Shown: piece by piece, positions 49,601-61,500 of the stretch
Layout of the letters: each line of letters opens with the position of its first letter
Numbering within the stretch: position 1 is the first letter of the stretch
Source: Minutocellus sp. GHC0000111
Lineage: Eukaryota
NCBI GenBank assembly: GCA_977018835.1
Contig: OZ361261.1
Span: forward strand, 2,356,001 to 2,420,000
Direction of reading: 5' to 3'
DNA: 64,000 bases
Made by a program: the position numbers and the translations under genes
The notes under the pieces: generated by a model
Told to the model about the DNA's origin: nothing
What the model saw: the letters and a program-made list of their open reading frames with translations, nothing else
The model's database searches: none

Positions 49601-51432
49601 TCCCGAAAAGAGAAGGAGCAAACCTCAGGTGGAGTCCGTCGACAATGATCTCAAGAAGGCACTCGAGGCTAGCATGTATGATGCCGACGTCGATGTCCTT
49701 GGCGTCGATACCAATAGCTACAACAAGTCCTCGTCGACATGTCTTCTTTCTGCACAACCGGAATCGCACCTGAAGGAGCATATTGACTCATCCAACGGGT
49801 TGGTTGGTAATTCGACTGACACCCAAATGGGTGAGAGCGAATTCGACGCCATGTCGCTCTTACCGAGTGCGCAAGGCATCAAAGAGCTAGCTGATAAGAA
49901 CCAGCAACCAAAGAGTCCAAGTCTGGTGACTTGGAGACCGAGACGAAGGAGGTTTCCAATAAAGGGCCTGGGAAAGAAAAAGAAAAGGGGGCAGGGCCAG
50001 AGGCAAAAGGCCGGGTACCGGTAATAAATTCGAGGCGCTACTGAAGGAGATGGTTGATCCAAAATTGCAGGCCATTATGACCCAACGAGAACGTTGGTCC
50101 AACGGGGAAGGTTCAGCCCTTCGGCAGAAGGCAATGGAGACTGTCGCCAGTAGCAAAGACACTGGAAATTCACCGGCTTGCGAAGCATGTCTTGGGCGTC
50201 CAGTGCACCATCGATGCGGCTCTCGTTTGAACCCCGTTGCCGTTGAACGGGCCGAAGAAGAGCGTCGACTCCAAGTTGAAAAGGAAAAGTTGCGTCGAAA
50301 GGTAGAAGGCAATCGCAAACGCAGGGAAGTCAAGCGACAGAAGCTCCTTGAGGAGCAGGAACGGTCTGCCGAGGCTATGCGCCTCCTACAGGAGGAGGAA
50401 CAGCAGCAGAGAGAACGGCAGAGAGAACGGCTTCGCTTTGATGCACTTGCTAGGCAGGAAGCTGTAGCGAGACAAGAAGCTGCTCAGATGCAACAAGATG
50501 CTTTGGTTTTGATGGGCCAAGGCAGTGCAGCGGCACCTGCGTATCATCCACCTATTCCTTCCGCGCCACTGCCATATGCTCCTGGCATTCAAAACGCAGC
50601 CGTGGCATCCCAGGCGGGACAGGGTGCTTTTGCGTTTATGGGCCAACGTCCTCCCGGCTCTGCGTATCCGCATTCTGCGGCAACAATGACGATACCCAGT
50701 GCACCAGCGGCCGCTGTTCCAGCAAAGGTATTGGCGGGGGCGCCAATTCCTCAGGGTCCTCCGGGCACGAACACCCCACCATCGAATCTCACACCTCCAC
50801 CAACGACCAAGCCAGAGCCATCGTCTGTACAAGTACCGACTGCCAGTGCTCGAAAGTCACCGCAAGAAGAAGAACAAGAACGCCAAAATGTTGCTCTTCA
50901 ATTGCTTGGTATGGCACCAATGCGTTCATCTCCGCCATCTGCACCGGCGCCAGCACCGATTGCACTGACACAACCGGCAGCGCCACCTCCCTCGGGTCAC
51001 TACCCTGCGTACCAGGCGCCCGTGGCGGGAGCTCAAGGGAACGGGTATTTTCCCTCGACCCTCCCGCCACCGCAGCAGCAAGTTCGTCCGCCAATTCAGA
51101 ACGCAGCATTATCTGCGCTCGACATTCTTGCCCATCAAAGCCTATCCGGCACTGACACTAGCAGGCGTCAAACACAAGTCCGAGCTCAACGACAACCGCC
51201 CGTTCAATCCAGTGCTGCATCCGCAGCTCTGCTACAAATGGCGTCGATAGCATCTGAACATCAACCTACTCAAGCAAGCACTACGGATGCTCCCACCTCG
51301 AGCCAGTCCGCAAGCCAACCGCTGGGCGGTATAAATGTAGCGCCACAAGGGGAGCGACCATCGCCTCCAACCTCTTCTCTTCCGCTGAAGAAAAGAGATC
51401 CCATGCATCACGACGATAGTGGCGCTACATAG
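46669..51432 (+). CDS. Divergent RBBP5/Swd1-like WD40 protein with long Pro/Gln-rich C-terminus; about 4 frameshifts
   Basis: WD-like strands (YMAVGDTAGFVTLY, AIAFNCTGTKIAVAS, IHIWD). WPGRMYPAGYIVLDDNVEYVEDEDELDI resembles the RBBP5 post-propeller motif. Joining the four ORFs into one gene is an inference. Confidence 0.55.
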
Positions 51433-51528
51433 CTATTAATTAAAAGTAATCCAATGGGGTCGATGATAGAATTTTTATATAGGGATCCCTAATTGTATTA
51501 TCATAATTCGCAAATGGGATCGTACTCT

Positions 51529-53220
51529 TCATTCAACAAGCTCCACCCAAAGGTCGAGATGCCACTGATCCTTTTCGGGAAAATAGTCAGTCCCATCCAA
51601 AAGCTCCGACAGCTGCTTGAATTTTTCCGAATCATCTCGAGGTTTCCCTCTTCTTCCATATCCTAGCAGCTTCTTCCAACGAGTGTTGTGCTTATCCAGC
51701 GAATAACCTCTGGCTCGGCTATAGTACTCGTGATGGGGATGACTCGGAGGAACGCCCAGGCTGAGAGGTTCTGATGGGACGAAATGATATGGATCCGAGC
51801 TGACAGATTCTTCGCCGGTAGTTGCGTTGGCCATTAAAAACAAAGGCATGGAGCCCTTTATGGGTTTAGCCGAAAGAAGAAACTTTTGCTCGACACCTTC
51901 CAGCTCGACCTCGACCTTGGCCGTCTCTTTGTGGGTGAAATGCATGAGGCCATAGTCGACTTTATCCACAAGTCTAGATGCAAGCTCAACCGCCTCGCTA
52001 CGCGCATTCGCTACAAGGAAGCTGCGATACCACACAGAGGTTCCAGGTTCGAGGCGGAATTTAGGCACAATGACCGATACATCATAATTGCGGAATGTGT
52101 TGTCTGAACGAGTTCGCCAGTCGCTCCACTCTTTGCAATTTTCATACGAAGACGCACCCGGTCACAAATCTCGAATGAAAGACGGTGCGAATTGGCAGTA
52201 TGGCCTACCTTCCCGGCGCTTTCGTTTTTCTCTTTCCAGATGTTTGTCGCGGCCAAATACCAGGGCGAGGGAAGGACTGTCGTCTGTCATTTGGGCAGAG
52301 CTTACATTGTAGCCCCCGGTCTCTCGGACGTTGCACCCTTGGCTCACATTCTTGAAAGGTCCATGGCCTGATTTGATAAGTCTACCATCGGGGCGACTGA
52401 TGCATCGGTGAGGCAAAGCACTCACTCGAGTACCTCCCCATGGCGCGTTGAGATGGTCAAAGACCAGATCTTCTCTAGCACTAAAGTTGTGAACGACCCA
52501 CGTCAATTCAATCACGCCTTCACCAAGATCTCGAGTTTGACAATAATAGAGCAGAGGCGATCGGTGCATCGTCCTTACCTGTGGGACGAGTCCAAAGTTG
52601 CACGTGCGGACCGATCGTCCATCATCGCCGAGCTCACCCCCCAGCAGAGGGCAGTACAAACTTTTCATGCCTGGATCGGTGCATTCCTTTGGATCGATAT
52701 CACCAGGAATGTAGGCCCCACTGTTGTGAACAAAGTACTTATAATTGTAGCCGCAGGTGTTAAACCGTTCCTTGACCGCTGGCGATACAGGCCCAGCCTT
52801 GGTCAAGGATGGCATACCATTGTACTTCATGCAGACTGCAACAAACTGCCACACCTCATCGTTCCATGGGGACATGTGCTTGTAGGATGGATCACGCCAC
52901 GACGGTGGGGTGCTTTCCCCAAAGCAGCCCCTCAACGAGTACACTTGACCTCCCCGACCAATTCTCAGACAGTAATTGGCATTTTCATCGTCCTCTTGTG
53001 TGTGTTTTATTTCGAGCAAGAATACCTGCGTCTCGTCAAGGCCCTCCTGCCACGTACTGCCGCTGGGTTTGTAGGTCGTTGAGAAGGATGTCGTGCCAGG
53101 CGATATGCCATCGAGCGGCTCGGATTCTGGAAAGACATCGAGCAGTGGCGAGGGGGATTGTTTGCCATCCAGATCAGCGATATGCGCCGCGCAAGTGTCG
53201 GCTGCAGTGGAGTTCTCCAT
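51529..53220 (-). CDS. Uncharacterised beta-rich protein with one in-frame TGA at 52162-52164
   Basis: ORFs 52162-53220 and 51529-52068 are in the same frame: ...PSFIRDL*PGASSYENCKEWSDWRTRSDNTFRNYDVSVIVPKFRL... Confidence 0.6.
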
Positions 53221-53793
53221 TTGCTATATGCACAGGAGCGCAATGCCAACAAAGACAATCCTGAGTGATTGCGGAAAGCAAGAGAACGCACGGCCAATAA
53301 GTAGTGGTGGAATCCTGTGACCTGTGACCGCTGGAATGACCGAGCTCGGGAGGAAGCGAACGCGCCTTCAAGCTACGTAACTCGCTCAGCGCTTGTGACA
53401 ATAGCAAGGGTATGTAGCACTGTGTGTGCAACCCTTTTTCTTGCGACGGTAAGTGGTGCTGATCTCCGCTCTGCTTCTTATCTCACTGCCTCGTGTCTGC
53501 TTGAGTTGTGGTCAAGCAGCAGCAGGCAGCAGCAGCAGCGGCGCAGCAGCAGCGGCGCAGCAGCAGCAGCATCTTGCTTGCCTTTGCATCCAGATCCGAA
53601 GCACAACACCCCGATTTGATTGATTGTCTCAAGAGAATCCAAATGGCGACTTTTGGCGCCAAATTGCACCTCGACAAATTTGAGTGCTCCTCTACCTAGG
53701 ACGCTACCGAACCCGCTAAGCATGAGAGCGATGGATGAGGCAACCTGCCTTGCAACCTGCCGCCACAACACCGCTACGAATCAAAAAGGAAAG

Positions 53794-55719
53794 ATGGCCA
53801 GGATAAGGATTCTCTCCGCTTATCGCACCTTGGTGGTGCTCCTCGCGCTATCATTTTCTCGCACATGGTCAGTCGATACCGCCACAACCAACGATCACAC
53901 CGATGTCGAACACACCGATGTCGAAGAAGATGGTAAAATTAAGGTATCGACGAAGATAAATCTGCGCCTTCACAACACTTACTCCAAGATGGAAGAATTG
54001 GATCAGGAATCTGCCTTTAAGCAGCTCATCGAGCAGTGCTTTGATAGTGAGCTGCCACGCATCGAGGCGTTGGCTGCATCTTCCTCCTCATTGTCGTCAG
54101 ACTACAAATTAAGTCATGTTCGAGTGCGAATATTAGAGCAATTTTGGGGCGACGAATACAAGATAGAAGCCACGTCGTCGTCATCATCATCCAACAAGCG
54201 TAGACAACAGGAAGCGGCGAAGCTGCAGCCCCTAATCGTCCGTCTCATTGTTACTGGAAGATATGCCGAACGAGGGCCGACATTTCAGGTGGACGATCAG
54301 TTGCCTTCTTCTGCTGACTTTTATACGACCGTCAAATCCTTCTTTGATGGGGGAGGTGGAGATATTGCGGTTGATGAGTACATCCCTGGCCTCCAAGAAA
54401 TTTTACCTGGTAATGTTGCCGCATACTTTATGGAAATTGAAGAGATCGAGTTGCTGGAACAGAATGGAATTGTGATCAAGGACGAACCTAATAAGAGAAA
54501 TGAAGTGGATGGCAAATTGACCAGACCCGGATTGATTGCCGGCTTCGTCTTGCTTGGCATTGCCACTATCTGCGCCCTGATAATGTTGGCAATCAGGTTG
54601 CGCAGACGCCATCGCTTCATCCATGGTGAATTCATTCTGACCCGCGGTCCCAGCAAGCAGGGTGCCGTCTACCTACCAAGCGAAATCGATCTAGAAAGTG
54701 TCGGAGGGAGCATCGTAAGTGGAATGTACTACTCCTCTGCTGGTGTTGATGTTTTGACAAATTCTGAGAAGGGCAACAAGGAGATCAATAATTTGTTGCC
54801 TCCAAGATCGAGCGAAGAGGATACCGACAAAGACGAATCCTTCACTATTGGCGACGGATCGTCTGATGAAGCTGAAAGTATCAAAGGAAACCACGATTCC
54901 TCCTTCCTACAATTGCAGCCAAATCGAAATATCACAACTACCGGGACGAATCGCGACGAGGTTGTTGAATACAAAGATTTCAGCAATATCGACATTGAAG
55001 CTCAGGCCAAAGCCCGTTTGATGAGCTATCTCGCCAAATATTCTAACGAAGCCAGCGAGGATCACGAAAGAAAAGAAGGTGTGGAGGAAAAGTCGACGAT
55101 TGACGAGATATCCCGAACGTCTGGCGATGGAAGTACTAGTGCGGCATCTTTTGCGAGTCAAGAGGCTAGTTTGTTGAAAAATCTTGGCGTTGTGGGAGCC
55201 CTTGCTGGGGAGGTTGAGGATGATGGAGAGCACGGAGGCAACAAGGATGCTGAATCTGTTTCCAGTGGGACAAGCAAAAACGAAGATATCGACATCACGA
55301 GTGCTGAAACGAATTTATTGAGAAATTTGGGTGTTGGTCCTTTACTGCTTCCAAATGAACCAAATGAACAAGATGATGAAGAAAAGTCGACACAAAGCAA
55401 TCCTCCGACGACAAATGATGACCACGTGGTAGAAGAAGATGAGGATCGAGAAGAAATATCAAACGAGTCCGAGCACAATATAGACGAGGAAGCGATGGGC
55501 AACGATACGGAAGTAAATGAAAAATCAAGTTCTTCAGTTTCAGAAAGTGACGATGAAAATAGTCGAGGCAACGGTCAAATTGGGCGCTCCGAACGAAATG
55601 TACTCGTCGGTGAGAACGACAGCGAATTACAATCGAGTAATTGTAGCGAAGTCGAAGATATTGAAGAAAAAGAAGAAGAAATCACCACCAGTAGTTTCAA
55701 AGAAGACTCGGCTAAATAG
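53794..55719 (+). CDS. Single-pass type I membrane protein with acidic cytoplasmic tail
   Basis: Signal peptide, TM segment GLIAGFVLLGIATICALIMLAI followed by RLRRRHR, and an acidic low-complexity C-terminus. Confidence 0.7.
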   Translation: MARIRILSAYRTLVVLLALSFSRTWSVDTATTNDHTDVEHTDVEEDGKIKVSTKINLRLHNTYSKMEELDQESAFKQLIEQCFDSELPRIEALAASSSSLSSDYKLSHVRVRILEQFWGDEYKIEATSSSSSSNKRRQQEAAKLQPLIVRLIVTGRYAERGPTFQVDDQLPSSADFYTTVKSFFDGGGGDIAVDEYIPGLQEILPGNVAAYFMEIEEIELLEQNGIVIKDEPNKRNEVDGKLTRPGLIAGFVLLGIATICALIMLAIRLRRRHRFIHGEFILTRGPSKQGAVYLPSEIDLESVGGSIVSGMYYSSAGVDVLTNSEKGNKEINNLLPPRSSEEDTDKDESFTIGDGSSDEAESIKGNHDSSFLQLQPNRNITTTGTNRDEVVEYKDFSNIDIEAQAKARLMSYLAKYSNEASEDHERKEGVEEKSTIDEISRTSGDGSTSAASFASQEASLLKNLGVVGALAGEVEDDGEHGGNKDAESVSSGTSKNEDIDITSAETNLLRNLGVGPLLLPNEPNEQDDEEKSTQSNPPTTNDDHVVEEDEDREEISNESEHNIDEEAMGNDTEVNEKSSSSVSESDDENSRGNGQIGRSERNVLVGENDSELQSSNCSEVEDIEEKEEEITTSSFKEDSAK

Positions 55720-55895
55720 ATCTGAATATAAGGACGCAGAGGGAATAAAAGTAGATTAAACCCTATGAAGATTCTAGATCTACGAATGCAACCTCATGAT
55801 TTTTTCGTGATTTGCAGCGGCACAAAACAAAAAGAATGCGAATAACAAAAAGCACGTAATCTCAAGGGAAAATCGAACAGTCAGCATCCTTTGTT

Positions 55896-57068
55896 TTAAT
55901 AAAGAGCAAAAGGGATATCCGCTGAGGGTGAATCGAACCTCCGACCGATGGATAGATGTTTTCCTCTACAGTCCGCCGCTCTTGCTGATGCGTTGACGAT
56001 GACATATGCCAGCGCAGAAGAAAACGTGGCAGCTATCGCCGGTCTTGTTTCTTGATACAGTTGCCGACCAACACTTTTGCTGACTTGAGATTCAATGCTC
56101 GTATCTTGATTCCCATCAGAAGTAGTAGTGATTATTTCCTCGACTGTAATTTGCTCATCTGCTGACCGCCCTGGAAACATGCGCTGGAGATATGGCGACT
56201 TGACTGCCGCGGTCAAGCCAGCAAAGTAGATTGCCATTACCAAAAGGTCAGCTGCTGCCATTGATCCCAGCAAACTTTCCAAGTTGAATGAGTTGGCATT
56301 GTTGCTCTCGAGCGAATCGCCCAATATCCTGGCCGTTGCAAACAGATTGACCGTCCCGCCCACGTACGATGAGCAGATACATCCAGCAGCGACGGCTGCA
56401 TCCAAGGGAGGTAGAGACCACCGACCCGCCCTGCCGCCCAACAGCAAGGTGCCAACGAATGAAATTATGCATCCCAACACCGATCCAAGCGATCCAATCG
56501 CAAATGGAAGTGAAACAGATTTGATGGTTGCCTTGACGACATCTCTTTTCTCACTACTAGTACCGGTATCTTCTTGTTCCTTACATTCATTTTCATTCCC
56601 TCCGAAGCCCGTCATGAGCATCAGGGCTAGACTTGCCGGTAACAGCTTGGTCCAGCAAATACCATACAACGGGTGAGACGTTGGTGCACCAACGTTGGAC
56701 AGGACCGATGCCACCAGGAGGGACACGATGGGGCCGCTTCCCGCCGAGCCGGCTGTGGCAGATATGGCCAGAGTCGCCAGAGCGGATGCAGCTAGATTGC
56801 CGCCGAGAAGAGACAAGGAAAGCGCTGTAGAAGATGTTTTGTCGCTGCGTTTGGAGTTGCGGTTGGAGATGCGACCATAAGTTGGAGGCAAGGGCGGTGG
56901 GGATGATCTGACTGTTGTTGAGCGCTTGGCGGTGGTGACACTTGAGGCGGTCCAAGAATGAGGTTGGAAACCGGCACATGATCTAAAGCAGCCGAGAGCC
57001 ATAACCGCCATCGCAAAGGCAGCGGGCATGGTTCCGCCTCTTTGTCTCTTTCGTTGCTGTCGACTCAT
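55896..57068 (-). pseudogene. DUF819-family membrane protein with bipartite targeting signal, C-terminally truncated and fused to the tRNA remnant
   Basis: LLPASLALML, PFAIGSLGSVLG, SSYVGGTVNLFATA and AAADLLVMAIYF. The last ~27 residues are translated tRNA and terminator sequence. Confidence 0.7.
55918..55982 (-). pseudogene. 5'-truncated, intron-containing tRNA-Tyr(GTA) remnant
   Basis: Minus strand AGAGCG-GCGGA-CTGTAG-[aggaaaacatct]-A-TCCAT-CGGTC-GGAGG-TTCGATT-CACCC-TCAGCGG-A, followed by a T-run. The 5' acceptor strand and D-loop are absent and the stems have mismatches. Confidence 0.8.
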
Positions 57069-57291
57069 GACTGCTTGTCTTTGCTTGGGTTGTGCCCGCT
57101 GCAAAGCACGTACGTCAACGCCAGGTGCTCATTGTTACGAGCTCGTATGGGTGGTGCGGTGAATGACAGGCAGTGCAGTGCCTTTGGATGAGAGTGTTCC
57201 GGGTTTCTTTGAAACGAATGCATGCTCGCCTGCAGTGGTGCAGTGGACCTCATTCTTCCTCCATCGGAAACTTGGGAAGTGACGGACTAGA

Positions 57292-57895
57292 ATGGCATCA
57301 TCCGCATCCAACCTTGCCGACGAAACCATCGCAGCAACCGATAATGAAATGGAGGACGAAGGTGTAGACAAGCTAACGGACGACTTTCAGTGGACTGCCG
57401 CCACCATCGTGCAATCCGTCGTGGTCTTCTGCCTTGCCGGTTGTGCCGAAATTCTCGGCGGTTGGTTGGTATGGGCTGCCGTTCGAGGTGACTCCAGCAC
57501 GACGGGGAAGAAGCCCTGGTGGTATGCTCTGGTCGGTTCAGTAGTTTTGGTGATATGTCAGTTTTGCCAAAGAGTTTTGTGCGTTTGTTTGGTGACAGAG
57601 AGATGGAAAGAAAGACCAAATGCATTTGCTGCTGCCATCGCCAACATTCATTTATTTATCTGACGCCACGTGCGTTTTTCAACTCTCCTCGACGAAATTA
57701 CCAGATGGTTTCATACCTTGTCTACAGCCGACCGATTCATTTGGAAGAATCTACGCGGCGTACGGAGGATTTTTCATTGTACTATCGTTTCTGTTTGGCT
57801 GGGCCCTCGATGGCGACAAGCCTGATCTTGGTGATGTGATAGGAGGGAGCATCGCCTTGGCGGGCGTTTTTGTTGTCATGTTTTGGCCGAGATGA
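57292..57895 (+). CDS. ynfA: YnfA/UPF0060 small membrane protein; 2 exons (intron 57557-57704)
   Basis: FCLAGCAEILGGWLVW...VLVI-T|gtcagt...ccag|AT-GFIPCLQPTDSFGRIYAAYGGFFIVLS..WALDGDKPDLGDVIGG. Confidence 0.88.
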
Positions 57896-58572
57896 TGACT
57901 ATACATGAGAAACATATTGGCGTTGTAGTTGCAACCTGCGATGAGAGCGTTGGTGTTGCGTTGCGGACAAGGGGGCATTCGTATGGTAGTGCAAGAATGG
58001 CGCCGTCCTTGTTGGCAGACAAGAATTTCGAGCTTGCGTCTTCACGTTGCCGATTATTCCTACGAGATGCGACCCTTATGCTCTCGTCTGAAGTAGTGGA
58101 CGTTGTAGTATATCAAACTTCAGTCAGTGCAATTACTCGCGGATTGTGGTTTTCAGCCGAGTGCCGACATGACGATAAAACACCTCACATCGATCCATGT
58201 ACAATTTGCCGTCCCTGAGACGAAAGCAAACACCTCAAGGAGCTATGGCGGGCCGTTAGACAGCGTACCAAGGGTTTAGGGCAATCTTTTGGTGAAAGGC
58301 TCTGCCGACACGCCTATGATAGAAGGGAGAAAGCCAAGCTTTTTCCTGCTCCGCCCAAATTATATTTATTGTCAGACAGCTTACTAGCTACGTAGCTACT
58401 AGAATCGATAGGCCATTATTGGTATTATTGACACGCTAGTAGTAGATAGGAAACCCGATTGTTGAATTTGACACAGCTCCAATGATTCGGCGATTTGGAT
58501 GCCTCTTGTCGCCTTGTGTAGGCGTAGGCGGATGAAAGCTTCCCCGACCCTGCTCGTACTATCGAGATCTCC

Positions 58573-61500
58573 CTAAATCAATCTTACTTTTCGTCGTCTC
58601 AATCTCTCCATTCGATTCCTTTTAGACGCCAGCGCAATGGTTGTTGTATTCGTCGTCATACAAGGAAGCTCCAGCCTCTTCTTGAGCATTCTTGCATTCT
58701 CTGACCCAAGTGACGTCGCCATATTTTTCCATTTTGGAAATTTTCGAGGCTCGCGTATTGCAATAATGGTTCTCATACTCAGAGGAGGGCAGAGAATTCT
58801 CTTTGTGCGAATCGCCCTCATTGATGGTGAATGGAACCGGACCATAGTAGTGGTCTTCTTCGCGCTCTTGTTTCACCTTTACCCTACCAAGCGGCCCATT
58901 GCAGTGCATTGGGTGCCGAGCCATCTCTCTGAGCCTATTGCGAACCAAGTCCACCGCTTGGCTGATAGGATAGAACCAAGGTTGTCCGAAATGCATTGCA
59001 TCGCTGTTACGCAGCATTTCAACCATTTCGTTGATCTCTCGGCACGCCCAAATGCCAATGTTGATCTGCTCCTCCCGCTCTTCATGTTCATTGAGAACCT
59101 CCCTCACTTGAGACATTGTGTTGGCCCCTGGGCCGATGAAAAAATCAGAATCCACTCTTCCACTTTCCGTAGCGACAAATGCCGCGACAGATCTCGCGCT
59201 CGACAGGAAATTCCCAACGGCTCTGGCCATGTTGTCGTTGTCGCCAGTCCAAGTACCGGACGGGTCGGGGATAAGAGTCTTGGCGCACAGGTCGCCAAGG
59301 TCTACATGAGCGGCTGCAATTCTGCTGCTGGAGGCGGGTCGAACCGTGTATAGAAGACTGAGTGCCTCCTCATACGTCTCAATTGCGTTGGGGGTATCGC
59401 CTTGGAGCTCGTAGGACTTGCCGATCCGCATCGTGAGGGTACACAAATCTTGAAGAAGAGCAAGCTCGCATTCATCTTGAGCCCCAAATTCAGGAATGGG
59501 ATCGATCATCATTCCTTCCATGGTCGTCTTGGCAGTTGTAAGCCATTCACTGGCATCACTCAAGACCTGCTGGATTTGGTAAGAATCACCGGGGATGTCA
59601 TTGTCCTCAGAGAGGTAATCGATGCCACTTCTGGAATTTCTTGGGACTCGGCAATCATTTTTTTCGCCTGCTTGAGGAACACCTGACCCCTTAGGTTGTA
59701 CATTGAGGCGAAAACATCCTCCGGCGGAACATCCTGCTCGGCATATACCGCCTCTGCGCCCTCGAGAAGACGAATGGCCAAGTCAAACTCCTTGCATTCA
59801 GACATACCGAGAACTAATGAAACAAAGTTCGATTCCTTCATCTCGTGATAATCGCCTGGAAGGGGACGCAAATATTCTTCGAGGAAGATACACTGCTCAT
59901 CCCGAGATTGAGCTTCGTTGAATTGGAGTAGGAGCTGTCGAGTCTTTCGATCGGTCGTTTGGATTCCGTCAGGGCAACGGTAGAACAAAAAGGGATCGCC
60001 ATTCCAAGCTGCTGCACCACAGCGCGATTCAACGGAATACCCATTCGCCTCCTCCAGTAGAAGCTCGTTGAAACGATCGATATCTTTCTGAGAACGCAAA
60101 AGACCTGTAACGTTGCAAATCACATCGTCGGTACTGCAATTTCCTTCGGCCCACGCTAGAGCCATTGGGACGAGCGCTGGTGCCTCTTCGGACACGTAAG
60201 AGACAAATTCATTCAACATTTGCTCGCGCTTCGAATTTGGCCGATATGATAGATCGACAACACAGGAACGCTGGTCCTTTGCGTTTGGAGAGGAGGGACG
60301 TTCCGCTTCGGTGCTGCTTGCATTCTGCTTCTGCGAAGACACTTCCTCCACTTTTTCCGGATTCTTCTTGAGCCAGCATTCATGGATTCTGACAAAGCTC
60401 TGGGCAAACTGGCAGAGTGTTTGACGGGCAGTGCGACCGTCTTCGTTGACGATCCTATCAGGGTCGCAACCATCAAAAGCACAATGAATCGCGCTACCGT
60501 TCGTGAGCTGAATGCGAATATCTAACTCAAAACAATCGGTGACTGCCTTCGGCTCGCCGCTACCCTCGATGAAGTTGGTGTTGTCGTTGCGAAACGCTTG
60601 GATATTGATTTCTTTGTGCAGAATCCCCTTGGAGCCAAAGCCACCTTGCGACCCATCAGGAACAATGAATTGCCCCCCATTGACGAGAACCCAGGCCCCA
60701 AGAGTAGTACAACCGCCAATAGACACAGTATCGAAATGGGCGCAATGGTTGTTCTTCGTTCGTGCTCCAGGTTTGATGAATGGTTCGACAAAGGAATCGA
60801 CACTGGTGGTCGTGTGGTGAAAGAATGGTAGCTTCCCATCGTTGCCATCTTCCACCATCATGGCCGCATCAGGCACGTCCTCCGCCTCGGTCTCGACATC
60901 GGTACTGACCGCAGGACTGGCACAGAGCTTTGCCTTGACCTCATGCATTGATACAGGCGGACTGGAATTGTCGGTACCCGTAGGGTCGAGGATCCCTGCA
61001 GTCTTGGCAACGTCGTCCCTGGAAACGTTGTGTTCAACACCCTCGACCCGGACCAGCTTGTTGGCGATGTTGCCGTTGTTGATATCCCCGATGATGGCAT
61101 TAGAATCGCTTGCCAACGTGAGCATTGTATTTGCGACTTCCTGATTGGCAGATACATCAACCGAGAGCCTGGGCTCGTTCTGATCCGATAATTTATTCTC
61201 CTTCTTCTCTTCTGGCATCGCCTTCTCTTCTTCTTGCTCAAGGCCATCAAGCCTGGCCAAGACGTAGTTCACCTCCAGTAGTGCCCGTTGGAGAATGCTT
61301 TCATCGATGCCAGCATAGGATCCCTCGTCATCGGTGTCAAATAGGCAGAGAAACGTCTCCCCACTCTTGGTCAGGGGCGCAAACCCAATGCGCTCAGTGA
61401 GGTATTCTCTAACGAAAGGACAGGATCGAAGGATGCCACTGACCGAGTCACCCTGACAATCCCAGGGGATCATATGATGGGACGGATCAGTACTCAGTTC

